Shown in pieces: positions 36,405-46,163 of a stretch of DNA of 64,000 nt (the stretch's first letter is position 1; every line of letters begins with the position of its first letter). Source of the stretch: Bacteroidales bacterium (GTDB taxonomy: Bacteria > Bacteroidota > Bacteroidia > Bacteroidales > GWA2-32-17); contig JAOADU010000060.1 in the NCBI GenBank assembly GCA_026417155.1, forward strand, positions 11,604-75,603. The letters are read 5' to 3'. The notes beneath the pieces were generated by a model. That model searched no databases. It had not been told where the DNA came from and saw nothing but the letters and a program-made list of their open reading frames with translations. The position numbers and the translations under genes were made by a program.

Positions 36405-39400
36405 ATGAAATTTCTTACAATAATATTCTGCTTTGTTTTTATTGGTGAGTTATTTTCAATCAAAGCAAATACAAGTGTGTTTATTAAAAACCAAGGTCAA
36501 ATTGCCAGTATTGAAACCAATCAACCACTTAAGGAAGTGTTATATTATATTTCTACTCCTAATGCAAAGCTATATTTAACGACTAAAGGGTTGATATATT
36601 TTTTTCAGAAAAATCAGATAAATATTGATGAAACAGAGATCCCAATTGCTAAACAAACCGAATGGCAACGAGTGGATGTTGAGTTTAAAAATGCTAATTT
36701 TTCAAATGTTATTGAAAACGAACCTGTGGCATGGCATTATAATTTCTTTTATGCTCATTGCCCCCAAGGAATAATGAATGTGCCAGCATTTAGAGAGTTA
36801 TATGTAAAAAATATTTATAAAGGAATAGACTTAAAATTTTACATTCAAGATGACAAGTTGAAGTATGATTTTATTGTTTATCCATATGCTGATTACAAAC
36901 AAATACAAATGGAATATAAATACGTAGATTATCCATACATAGACCCATCGGGAGATGCTATAATTAATACACTATATGGAAAAATAATTGAATCTAAGCC
37001 TGTTTGTATACAAGGAAATAAAATCATTGAAAATACCTCATGGATTAGTAATGGCAACATTTTACAATTTAATGTTCCTTATTACGACAAAAGTCAATTT
37101 TTAGTTATAGATCCATTCCTTATTTGGAGTACTTACTTTGGTGGCAACTCAGATGAAGCTTCCGAAAGTATTGCAATAAATCAGAATATGATTATTATTG
37201 CTGGAAATACAAGCTCATCAAACCTGCCTACATACAATCCTGGTTCTGGAGCATATTTTAGTGGTAGTAATACTGGCTTAACGGATATTTTCATAGCTGC
37301 TTTTAATTTAGATCATAGTATTCGCTGGGTAACTTATTACGGAGGCACAAAAGATGATGTAAAAGGTAAACCCATTATTGCAAACGATACTTATATATAT
37401 GTTTCGGGTCAATCAAATTCAACAGATATCCCTACGCTAAATCCCGGTGGAGGAGCATTTTATCAGGCTACTTTAAACAACACAGGAACTTATGACGGTT
37501 TTTTAATAAAATTTTCAATATTTGGACAGTTGCTTTGGGCGACTTATCTTGGTGGAAGCGATCAGGATGAATTAAGTTTTTTAGCGAATAACAATAATAG
37601 TCTATATGCTTATGTTTTAACATATTCGTCCGATATGCCATTGGTAAATCCGGGAGGAGGCGCTTGGCAACAAGGAGCAACAAACAATAACGAACATATT
37701 TATTTAGCTCGATTCGATTTGAACTCAAATGCCATGTTATGGGGAACTTATTTTGGACAATCAACAACTGGAATGGGATATAGTTGGAATACGATCACTT
37801 GCAATAATACACATCTTTATGGTGCATTCAATACAAAAGATATCAATTCACCTACTTTATCTTTGTCGGGAGCGTATAATGATAATACTTATAATGGCGG
37901 AACATCTGATTTGTTAATTTGCAGGTTTACAGCAAACGGGGTTTTAGAATGGGCTACATATTTTGGAGGAAATGGATACGAAGAACAAAGAGGTATATCA
38001 ATATCAAACAACAGACTTTGGGTATCTGGTACTACAGCCTCCAACGCCAATTTCCCATTAGTAGATCCTGGAAATGGAGCATATTTTCAAAACACTTACG
38101 GAGGTGGTGCTGCTGATGGATTTATTGCTTCTTTTTCTTTGAATGGACAGTTGTTATGGAGTACATATTATGGAGGGAATCAGCACGATTATATTCGTGA
38201 TATTAAAGGCGATAATTATGGAATATTTATAGCAGGAAGAATTACAGGCGGGAATTTTCCATTATACAATCCCGGGACACCTACATTTTACGAAAGTTCT
38301 TCAAGATCCACATTTATTGCCAAATTTAAGCAAAATGGTATTCGTCAATGGTCAACCTATTTTTCAGGCTCGGCAGGAGATATTAGAAAACTTGCTGTAA
38401 CTAATGATGCTGTATATTTAACCGGATTTGTTAATAATTCGTTATTAACTCAAGATCCTGGAAATGGAGCTTACTTCGATAACACTTTCAATGGAGGGAC
38501 GTGGGATGCGTTTATTGCAAAGTTTGATAAATGTGTTATTCCTACTGTACAAGTAACAGCGAGTCAAAATGCTATTTGTAAGTACGATTCTACATGGTTG
38601 TATGCAACGGGAGGTATCAATTATTTGTGGAGCACCTTACAGACAACCGATTCTATTCATGTAGCACCATTGAGCACTACATCGTATAGTGTTACAGTTA
38701 CTGATGATATGACTTGTACGAATACGGGGAACATAAATATTACTGTGTATCCATTGCCCGATGTAAATATTTTAGGAGCTCATCCTATTTGTTTTAACGA
38801 TAGTATTACAATTTCAGCAGTAGGTGCTCAAACATATCAATGGCTACCAGGAATGCAAACAACAAGCAGCATAACAGTTACTCCAGCAAATACAACTACA
38901 TATTATGTTATTGGTACCGACCAAAATTCTTGTAGTAACATAGATTCAGTGCAGATAATAGTACATCCACTGCCATTGGTTACTATTTCTGGTGAGCATC
39001 CGATTTGTTTAAACGATAGTATCTGGCTCTATGGAAATGGAGCAACATCTTACGTGTGGTCAACAATGGCTGCCACTGATAGTATTCAAGTTAGTCCATT
39101 ACAAACAACTATTTTTTATGTAACTGGAACAGACAATAATGGATGTAAAAACAAAGATTCGGCAGAAGTCGTAGTATATCCACTGCCCAATGTTCAAATT
39201 ACAGGGAATCACCCCATTTGTTTTGGCGATAGCCTAACTCTTTATGCAAATGGGGCACATACATATTTTTGGACACCTGGCAATTATAATACAGATAGTA
39301 TTATAGTTAGTCCTTCGCAAACAACGACATTCTATGTTTTAGGTACTGATACAAATATGTGTAAAAATATAGATTCTACTACGGTTACTGTATTCGATTT

Positions 39401-41192
39401 GCCTAATGTGCAAATTCAAGGCGATCATCCTATATGCTTTGGCGATAGCATTACATTGGCAGCAACTGGTGCAGTTTCTTATGTGTGGTATCCTGGTGCA
39501 TTAACGGGCAATCAACAAATATTTTCACCATTACAAACAACTACTTACGTTGTGGTAGGAACAGATCACAATCAGTGTGTCAATAGCGATACTGTTAGTA
39601 TTACGGTATATCAGCTTCCCAATGTGCAAATTCAAGGCGATCATCCCATATGTTTTGGTGATAGTATAACATTGACAGCAACCGGTGCAGTTTCTTATGT
39701 GTGGTACCCAGGGACATTAACAGGTAATCAACAAACATTCCAACCTAACTCGACACAGCAATATATTGTAATTGGTACAGACATCAATCAATGCAAAAAT
39801 AGTGATTCGGTTACTATTGTCGTTTATCCATTGCCTAATGTTCAAATTACAGGAAATCATCCTATATGTTTTGGTGATTCAATAACACTTCAAGCAATAA
39901 ATGCTCAAACGTATGTTTGGAACACAGGAGTCAATCAGTCATCTATTACCGTAGCACCATTACAAAGCACAACATATATGGTAACCGGAACAGATACAAA
40001 TGGATGTATGAATGCTGATACGGCTTTTGTTATAGTAAATCCTTTGCCCTTAGTGAGGATAAATGGTGTACATCCTATTTGTTTATACGATAGTATAAGT
40101 CTTTCTGCTGCAGGAGCAGTGCTTTATACATGGCAACCCTGGGGTTATCAAAGTTCTGCTATACAAGTTTCGCCGCAACAAACAACACAAATAATTTTAA
40201 CCGGTACCGATGCTAATGGATGTGTAAATAGCGATACAGCAACTTTGGTAGTTTATGCTTTGCCAATAGTATCGGTTAGTGGAGCAAATCCTATATGTTT
40301 TGGTGATAGTGTAACTGTAACTGCTAATGGAGCTCAAAATTATATCTGGATGCCAGGAAATTTAACCGGAAACAATCAAGTCCTTTCGCCACAACAAACA
40401 ACTACATACATTGTTACAGGAATCGATACGAATCAATGCAAAAATACGACACAATTCGATATAATTGTTTATGAATTGCCCGTCGCTAATATAAATGGGA
40501 TATCGCGAATTTGTCAAATGGAAGAAGTAACGTTAACTGCAACAGGTGGAACTTCGTATTTGTGGAATACACAACAAACAGACAGCTCAATAAATGTCGC
40601 TCCCATGACAACAACAACTTATAGCGTTATTGCGTTTAAAAATATTTGCTCCGATACGGCATATTTTACAATAATTGTTGATGAAAAACCTACTTTAACT
40701 ATTACTAACGATACAACGATTATTATTGGGATGAATGTTCCTTTAAATGTAAGCGGGGCTCAAACTTATTCATGGACGCCAATTCAGTATCTTTCTTGTG
40801 TTACATGTGCCAACCCAATAGCAAAACCTTCGGACAACATAGAATATTGTGTAGTTGGAACTACAGCACAAGGCTGTTCCGACACCGTTTGTGTTCAGAT
40901 TACTGTAGATAAAGAATGCGGAGAAGTGTTTATACCATCGGGCTTCAGTCCTAACAACGATGGTAATAACGATGTACTTTTTGTTCGTGGCAAATGTATC
41001 AAAAAAATGCAATTCTATGTATATAATCGATGGGGTGAAAAAGTTTTTGAGTCAAACGACCCAGATATTGGATGGGATGGCACATTTAGAGGCAAGGCAA
41101 TGGATAGTGGGGTATTTGTTTATCAGTTAAGAGCTGAATATTATAATGGAGTTGTAGTAAACAAACAAGGTAATGTTACATTAATTCGTTAG
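36405..41192 (+). CDS. giant T9SS-secreted surface protein: SBBP-type beta-propeller, ~11 Ig-like repeats and a type B C-terminal sorting domain
   Basis: 1595 aa with a signal peptide. There are about 7 blades marked by W[SAVG]TY[FYL]GG. The repeats of about 73 aa follow the pattern YPLPNVQI.G.HPICFGDSITL...GA..Y.W.PG......SP.QTT.Y.V.GTD.N.C.N.D. The C-terminus (40917-41189) reads FIPSGFSPNNDGNNDVLFVRG...YNRWGEKVFE...GWDGTFRGK..DSGVFVY, the gliding-motility-associated C-terminal domain. Confidence 0.85.
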   Translation: MKFLTIIFCFVFIGELFSIKANTSVFIKNQGQIASIETNQPLKEVLYYISTPNAKLYLTTKGLIYFFQKNQINIDETEIPIAKQTEWQRVDVEFKNANFSNVIENEPVAWHYNFFYAHCPQGIMNVPAFRELYVKNIYKGIDLKFYIQDDKLKYDFIVYPYADYKQIQMEYKYVDYPYIDPSGDAIINTLYGKIIESKPVCIQGNKIIENTSWISNGNILQFNVPYYDKSQFLVIDPFLIWSTYFGGNSDEASESIAINQNMIIIAGNTSSSNLPTYNPGSGAYFSGSNTGLTDIFIAAFNLDHSIRWVTYYGGTKDDVKGKPIIANDTYIYVSGQSNSTDIPTLNPGGGAFYQATLNNTGTYDGFLIKFSIFGQLLWATYLGGSDQDELSFLANNNNSLYAYVLTYSSDMPLVNPGGGAWQQGATNNNEHIYLARFDLNSNAMLWGTYFGQSTTGMGYSWNTITCNNTHLYGAFNTKDINSPTLSLSGAYNDNTYNGGTSDLLICRFTANGVLEWATYFGGNGYEEQRGISISNNRLWVSGTTASNANFPLVDPGNGAYFQNTYGGGAADGFIASFSLNGQLLWSTYYGGNQHDYIRDIKGDNYGIFIAGRITGGNFPLYNPGTPTFYESSSRSTFIAKFKQNGIRQWSTYFSGSAGDIRKLAVTNDAVYLTGFVNNSLLTQDPGNGAYFDNTFNGGTWDAFIAKFDKCVIPTVQVTASQNAICKYDSTWLYATGGINYLWSTLQTTDSIHVAPLSTTSYSVTVTDDMTCTNTGNINITVYPLPDVNILGAHPICFNDSITISAVGAQTYQWLPGMQTTSSITVTPANTTTYYVIGTDQNSCSNIDSVQIIVHPLPLVTISGEHPICLNDSIWLYGNGATSYVWSTMAATDSIQVSPLQTTIFYVTGTDNNGCKNKDSAEVVVYPLPNVQITGNHPICFGDSLTLYANGAHTYFWTPGNYNTDSIIVSPSQTTTFYVLGTDTNMCKNIDSTTVTVFDLPNVQIQGDHPICFGDSITLAATGAVSYVWYPGALTGNQQIFSPLQTTTYVVVGTDHNQCVNSDTVSITVYQLPNVQIQGDHPICFGDSITLTATGAVSYVWYPGTLTGNQQTFQPNSTQQYIVIGTDINQCKNSDSVTIVVYPLPNVQITGNHPICFGDSITLQAINAQTYVWNTGVNQSSITVAPLQSTTYMVTGTDTNGCMNADTAFVIVNPLPLVRINGVHPICLYDSISLSAAGAVLYTWQPWGYQSSAIQVSPQQTTQIILTGTDANGCVNSDTATLVVYALPIVSVSGANPICFGDSVTVTANGAQNYIWMPGNLTGNNQVLSPQQTTTYIVTGIDTNQCKNTTQFDIIVYELPVANINGISRICQMEEVTLTATGGTSYLWNTQQTDSSINVAPMTTTTYSVIAFKNICSDTAYFTIIVDEKPTLTITNDTTIIIGMNVPLNVSGAQTYSWTPIQYLSCVTCANPIAKPSDNIEYCVVGTTAQGCSDTVCVQITVDKECGEVFIPSGFSPNNDGNNDVLFVRGKCIKKMQFYVYNRWGEKVFESNDPDIGWDGTFRGKAMDSGVFVYQLRAEYYNGVVVNKQGNVTLIR
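38532..40916 (+). repeat. coding tandem array of ~11 Ig-like repeat units (period ~216-219 bp)
   Basis: Units start near 38532, 38751, 38967, 39180, 39399, 39615, 39831, 40043, 40260, 40476 and 40686. Units 5 and 6 share long near-identical stretches in their first ~120 nt. Confidence 0.85.
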
Positions 41193-41195
41193 ATT

Positions 41196-42209
41196 ATGAA
41201 AACAGTCGTTTTATTTGTTATATCAATGATAGTTTCTGTATATTTATGGTCGCAAGATGTAGTATTTTCTCAAATTCATGAAGCACCAATTTTACTAAAT
41301 CCTGCCAATGCAGGAGCTCAACACGACATAAGAGCCAATCTAAATTTTCGTCAGCAATGGCGGAGTGTTACCGAACCATTTGTTACAATGGCAGCTTCGG
41401 CAGATATGAAACTATTTAGCCAAAAACGATCTTCATCGGCAGGAGTAGGTGTTTTTGTTTTAAACGATAGAGCGGGCGGAGCCCATCTTAACACATTTCA
41501 ATCGGGAATTATTGCAGCAGGTAAAGTACCGGTAGCAAGCAATCAAAATATTTCCGGCGGAATAGGACTATCTTTTTTACAACGACACGTTGATTTTGCT
41601 TCGTTATCTTGGGACAAACAATACGACGGATTAATGTATAATCCTGATTTACCAACTGGCGAAACATTGTTTCGTGAAAGAACTTCTACGGTAGATGTTT
41701 CAACGGGTGTTCAATGGAGTTATGGGAAAGGAGCTACCACGTTATCATCGAACGATAATTTTGGAGCTCAGGTAGGTGTTGCCGTGTTGCATTTAAACAA
41801 ACCGAATATAGGTTTCAATGAAGATCCTTCATATTGGCGATATGTAATTCATGGAACATTTTCGTATGGTGTAAAAAACTCGAATATGCAAATTTCGCCT
41901 TCTTTCATGACTACATTACAAGGACCTTCAAAAATGTTTTTCTTAGGGACAATAGTCAAATACAAACTACAAGAATCGTCAAAATATACCGACTATATTT
42001 TAGCACGAATGATAAACGTGGGAACTTTTTATCGTTGGGGTGATGCAATTGTAATGAGCGCTCAACTCGAGTGGGGGCAATATGCTTTCGGTATTAGTTA
42101 TGATATCAATGTGTCATCATTAACGAAAGTGAGTTACGGACGAGGTGGATTTGAAATTTCGGCTCGATACTTTCCTTTGCGTTCAAGCGCTTCGAGTAGA
42201 TTGTTGTGA
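41196..42209 (+). CDS. PorP/SprF family T9SS membrane protein (cognate partner of the upstream type-B-CTD cargo)
   Basis: 337 aa with a signal peptide. N-terminal signature FSQIHEAPILLNPANAG. It is a beta-barrel and starts 3 nt after the adhesin stop, the same arrangement as sprB-sprF. Confidence 0.85.
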   Translation: MKTVVLFVISMIVSVYLWSQDVVFSQIHEAPILLNPANAGAQHDIRANLNFRQQWRSVTEPFVTMAASADMKLFSQKRSSSAGVGVFVLNDRAGGAHLNTFQSGIIAAGKVPVASNQNISGGIGLSFLQRHVDFASLSWDKQYDGLMYNPDLPTGETLFRERTSTVDVSTGVQWSYGKGATTLSSNDNFGAQVGVAVLHLNKPNIGFNEDPSYWRYVIHGTFSYGVKNSNMQISPSFMTTLQGPSKMFFLGTIVKYKLQESSKYTDYILARMINVGTFYRWGDAIVMSAQLEWGQYAFGISYDINVSSLTKVSYGRGGFEISARYFPLRSSASSRLL

Positions 42210-43457
42210 TTATTGTTTCAATAATCTTGCAAAATCGTTTCCTGTAGGATTCTGATAAATGCGAAGATAAAATAATGGAACAACAGCCATTAGATGGTCA
42301 AAAATGTCGGCTTGCACTTTTTCGAAAGATTCCCATTCTGTAATACTTGAAAAAGCATAAACTTCTAGAGGTATCCCGTTTTCTGAAGGAGGTAATTGAC
42401 GAACCATGAGGTTCATGTCTTTTCTAATAAAATCTTTGCTTTTTATATATTCTTGTGCATACATTCTAAAAGTACCAATATTGGTTAACCATCGTCCGTT
42501 GATAGGTTTTTGTGGGTCAAAGGGTAAATTTTTATTATATTCTTCAATTTCGGACAGTTTGTTGATTAAATAATCACGAATTAATGCTATGTTCTTCAAT
42601 TCATTAATTTCTTCAATAGTTAAAAAACGAACTGTGTTGATGTCGAAAAATAATGAACGTTTAATACGGCGTGCTTTGGCTTCTTCCATGCCACGATAAT
42701 TGATAAACGACTCCGATACCATCGCATATGATGGAATCATGGCAATGGTTTTATCCCAATTTTGAACTTTAACAGTATGTAAAGTTATTTCTGTTACAAG
42801 ACCATCGGCATTTTTAGAGGGCATAACAACCCAATCGCCAATTTTAACCATTTCATTAGCCGACAGTTGAATACCAGCAACCAACCCTAATAAAGTGTCT
42901 TTAAAAACAAGCATCAAAACAGCAGCTAAAGCTCCGATTCCTGTTAAAAAATAACTAGGGTCTTTTTGAAGAATAATAGATAAAATTAAAATAAAACCAA
43001 TGGAATAATTAAAAATATTTATAACTTGAAGAAACCCTCTTATAGGTCTATCTTTAGAGTTAGGATTGAGCATATATATTTCGTTAAGAGCTTTTAGAAA
43101 GGCTGAAATAATGAGCATTGCCATGACTATCATGTATATGTAAACCATTGAGCGAACAATAGCAATCCATTCAGGATAACCCTTTAGCACTAAAGGACAA
43201 GAGTAATAAATAATTAATGCTGGTACAATATGAGAGAACCGATGGAATACCTTATTTTTCAATAAAATATCATCCCAAGTAAACGATGTTTTACGAACAA
43301 TTCGACTAACAATAGCTGCAATGAACTTTTTTGTTAACCAGTTTGCCAGATAAGAAACAATGAAAACAATTACAATGACGATCAATAACTTTAATATTTC
43401 AGCCCAAGTGGCCGAAACTCCCATTTCAATTAACCAACTCTTTATCGCATTAATCAT
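42210..43457 (-). CDS. mechanosensitive ion channel (MscS family)
   Basis: 415 aa. N-terminal TM helices are followed by the MscS beta-domain block IGDWVVMPSKNADGLVTEITLHTVKVQNWDKTIAMIPSYAMVSESFINY. Confidence 0.88.
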   Translation of the reverse strand: MINAIKSWLIEMGVSATWAEILKLLIVIVIVFIVSYLANWLTKKFIAAIVSRIVRKTSFTWDDILLKNKVFHRFSHIVPALIIYYSCPLVLKGYPEWIAIVRSMVYIYMIVMAMLIISAFLKALNEIYMLNPNSKDRPIRGFLQVINIFNYSIGFILILSIILQKDPSYFLTGIGALAAVLMLVFKDTLLGLVAGIQLSANEMVKIGDWVVMPSKNADGLVTEITLHTVKVQNWDKTIAMIPSYAMVSESFINYRGMEEAKARRIKRSLFFDINTVRFLTIEEINELKNIALIRDYLINKLSEIEEYNKNLPFDPQKPINGRWLTNIGTFRMYAQEYIKSKDFIRKDMNLMVRQLPPSENGIPLEVYAFSSITEWESFEKVQADIFDHLMAVVPLFYLRIYQNPTGNDFARLLKQ

Positions 43458-43462
43458 AGGCC

Positions 43463-43663
43463 TTAGTTATTTATTTCACACGAACATCCTCTACAACCTT
43501 CTTCATCGTGGCTAGCACATTTGATCCCTTCTTTTTTTAACGCTTCGTTTTGTTCTATATGAATGTTTGGAAATTTGCCGTTGCGTTTTATTAAAAGACT
43601 AATAGATAAACCAATGACAGCAATGCCTACAATAATCAAAGCTAAAATAACTAATTTTAACAT
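43463..43663 (-). CDS. small single-pass membrane protein with C-terminal Cys cluster
   Basis: Start taken at MLKLVILALIIVGIAVIG (43663), 10 nt downstream of a -7 box. The tail ...KCASHDEEGCRGCSCEINN contains 5 Cys. It ends 5 nt upstream of the MscS gene. Confidence 0.55.
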   Translation of the reverse strand: MLKLVILALIIVGIAVIGLSISLLIKRNGKFPNIHIEQNEALKKEGIKCASHDEEGCRGCSCEINN

Positions 43664-43673
43664 ATTTTTTTTG

Positions 43674-43681
43674 CAAAGGTA
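43674..43681 (-). promoter_or_regulatory. -7 box TACCTTTG (minus strand) for the small Cys-rich protein/MscS unit
   Basis: The reverse complement reads TACCTTTGCAAAAAAAATATG. It supports the 43663 start over 43684. Confidence 0.45.
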
Positions 43682-43726
43682 CAAAATATATACAATAAAA
43701 TACGAATTATTTAGAATTATTCTTAT

Positions 43727-43734
43727 TAAATTTG
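43727..43734 (+). promoter_or_regulatory. -7 box TAAATTTG for the fused E1 gene
   Basis: Exact TAnnTTTG followed by CAAAAACAACAGTTT-ATG. The TTG 'start' at 43732 in the ORF track lies inside the box. Confidence 0.45.
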
Positions 43735-43749
43735 CAAAAACAACAGTTT

Positions 43750-46161
43750 ATGGATGATAGAAAAATAAGCTATGACGATTTTAAGCAGGAGGTAATAAAC
43801 GATTATTATATATGTCATGTAAGTCGTCAATTAAGCATATTAGGACGAAAAGAAGTATTATCTGGGAAGGCAAAATTTGGCATATTTGGCGATGGTAAAG
43901 AGTTGGTTCAAGTTGTAATGGCAAAATATTTTAGAAATGGTGATTGGCGATCGGGCTATTATCGCGATCAAACTTGGATGATGGCAGCTGGATTGCTAAC
44001 ACCCGAACAGTTTTTTGCACAGTTGTATGGCGATACTGATTTGAATAATAATCCACACAATGCTGGAAGGGTTTTTAATAATCATTTTAGTACACCTAAT
44101 ACAAACCCAGATGGTACATGGAAAAATTTAATGAATCAAAAAAACAGTTCTGCAGATATATCACCTACAGCTGGTCAAATGCCTCGCTTGGTTGGACTTG
44201 CTTATGCATCTAAATTGTATCGTTTGTTGCCCGAATTGAAAGATTATAAACATTTTTCAAATAATGGTAACGAAGTTGCATGGGGTTCAATAGGAGATGC
44301 AAGTACTTCTGAAGGTCATTTTTGGGAAGCCATTAATGCAGCTGCAGTTTTACAAATTCCTATGGCCGTCTTTGTGTACGATGATGGCTATGGAATCTCT
44401 GTCCCAAAGAAATATCAAACAGCCAAACAAAGCATTTCGGAAATACTTAAAGGTTTTGAAGATGATTACGGGAAGGGGATATTGGTATATCGAGTAAAAA
44501 ATTGGGATTATTCCGAACTAAACAAAAAAATAAAAGAAGGGATTGAACGTTGCAGAAAAGATCATATTCCAGTTGTATTTCATATAGAAGAAGTTACACA
44601 ACCCTTAGGACATAGCACAAGTGGTTCGCACGAACGATATAAAAGCCCAGAAAGACTCAAATGGGAACAGGAATTTGATCCTATATTAAAGTTTAAACAG
44701 TGGATTTTGGATAAGCGTATTGCATCAAGTACCGAATTGGAAGAAATTGAAACTAAAGCAATTGATAGAGCAAAACAAGCTAAACAAAAAGCGTGGGAAA
44801 ATTTTACAGAACCCATTCGCAAAGAACGCGATGCCTTAATTAATATTGTAGAAAAACGGACTTGTCAGTGCAAACGCGAACATGTTGATAAAGTTGGTTT
44901 AATTGCAAATGAATTGAAACAAATAATACATCCTATAAGAAAAGATATATTTAGTTCGGCAAAAAAGATTTTACGTCATGTTTGTTTGGATTGTACTATA
45001 AGACAACAATTGCAACAAGAGCTTCACGATTGGCTCGAACGGAATTATCAAGATGCTTACAAACGATATAGTTCTAATTTATATATCGAATCGCCTAAAT
45101 CAGTTTTAAATGTAAAACCAGTGCAACCCGAATTTTTTGATCCTCCCATAGAAGTCCCCGGCAGGGAAATTATTCGCGATAATTGGGACAAACAACTTGA
45201 AAAACATAATAATTTAGTAATTTTTGGCGAAGATGTTGGATACATTGGTGGTGTAAACCAGACGTATGAAGGATTACAGAAAAAATATGGCGAATGGCGC
45301 GTTACTGATACAGGAATACGAGAAACAACTATTTTGGGGCAAGGAATTGGCTTAGCATTGCGAGGAATTAGACCTGTGGTAGAAATACAATATTTCGATT
45401 ACTTGTTGTACGCTTTACAAACGTTGAGCGATGATTTAGCAACATTATTATATCGAACAAATGGTCAGCAAAAAGCACCTGTAATTATTACAACTCGAGG
45501 ACATAGGCTTGAAGGAATATGGCATTCGGGTTCGCCATTAAGTATGGTTATTAATTCAATTCGCGGTGTATATGTGGCAGTGCCTCGGAATATGACCCAG
45601 GCAGCAGGATTTTATAATACTTTGCTCGAATCGGACGATTCAGCTCTTGTGATTGAACCATTAAATGGCTATAGATTGAGAGAAAACAAGCCCAAAAATA
45701 TTGGTGAATATAAAATTCCATTTGGCGTTCCAGAAATAATATCGGAAGGAACAGATGTAACGTTGCTTACCTATGGTTCAAATGTAAGGATTGCACTAGA
45801 TGCTATTCAACAATTAAAAGAATTCAATATTTCTGTTGAACTTATTGACGTGCAAACATTATTGCCTTTTGATATTCATCATATTATTCTTGAATCTTTA
45901 AAAAAGACCAACAAAATAGTCTTTTTCGATGAGGATGTTCCTGGCGGTGCAACCGCATTTATGATGCAAAAGGTTTTAGAAGAACAAGGAGGATATCGCT
46001 ATTTAGATGCAGAACCAGTTACTATCACCGCAAAAGAGCACCGCCCTGCTTATTCTACCGATGGTGATTATTTTTCTAATCCGAATGCAGAAAATGTTTT
46101 TGAAACCATTTATTCTTTAATGCATAGATATAATCCTAAAAAATATCCTCAAATATTTTAA
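43750..46161 (+). CDS. fused alpha/beta E1 component of a 2-oxoacid (branched-chain type) dehydrogenase, TPP-dependent
   Basis: About 803 aa from ATG 43750. The N-terminal half is E1-alpha-like (GDASTSEG, TPP-binding region). The C-terminal half is E1-beta/transketolase-like (FGEDVG..GGV...T.GL..KYG..RV.DTGI.E). No E2 or E3 gene is adjacent. Confidence 0.8.
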   Translation: MDDRKISYDDFKQEVINDYYICHVSRQLSILGRKEVLSGKAKFGIFGDGKELVQVVMAKYFRNGDWRSGYYRDQTWMMAAGLLTPEQFFAQLYGDTDLNNNPHNAGRVFNNHFSTPNTNPDGTWKNLMNQKNSSADISPTAGQMPRLVGLAYASKLYRLLPELKDYKHFSNNGNEVAWGSIGDASTSEGHFWEAINAAAVLQIPMAVFVYDDGYGISVPKKYQTAKQSISEILKGFEDDYGKGILVYRVKNWDYSELNKKIKEGIERCRKDHIPVVFHIEEVTQPLGHSTSGSHERYKSPERLKWEQEFDPILKFKQWILDKRIASSTELEEIETKAIDRAKQAKQKAWENFTEPIRKERDALINIVEKRTCQCKREHVDKVGLIANELKQIIHPIRKDIFSSAKKILRHVCLDCTIRQQLQQELHDWLERNYQDAYKRYSSNLYIESPKSVLNVKPVQPEFFDPPIEVPGREIIRDNWDKQLEKHNNLVIFGEDVGYIGGVNQTYEGLQKKYGEWRVTDTGIRETTILGQGIGLALRGIRPVVEIQYFDYLLYALQTLSDDLATLLYRTNGQQKAPVIITTRGHRLEGIWHSGSPLSMVINSIRGVYVAVPRNMTQAAGFYNTLLESDDSALVIEPLNGYRLRENKPKNIGEYKIPFGVPEIISEGTDVTLLTYGSNVRIALDAIQQLKEFNISVELIDVQTLLPFDIHHIILESLKKTNKIVFFDEDVPGGATAFMMQKVLEEQGGYRYLDAEPVTITAKEHRPAYSTDGDYFSNPNAENVFETIYSLMHRYNPKKYPQIF

Positions 46162-46163
46162 AA

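Noticed and set aside
38532-40916. Regular ~219-bp DNA periodicity that might suggest a CRISPR or satellite array
   Set aside because: The repeats are in-frame coding Ig-like units of one long ORF. There is no short direct repeat plus spacer structure and no cas genes.
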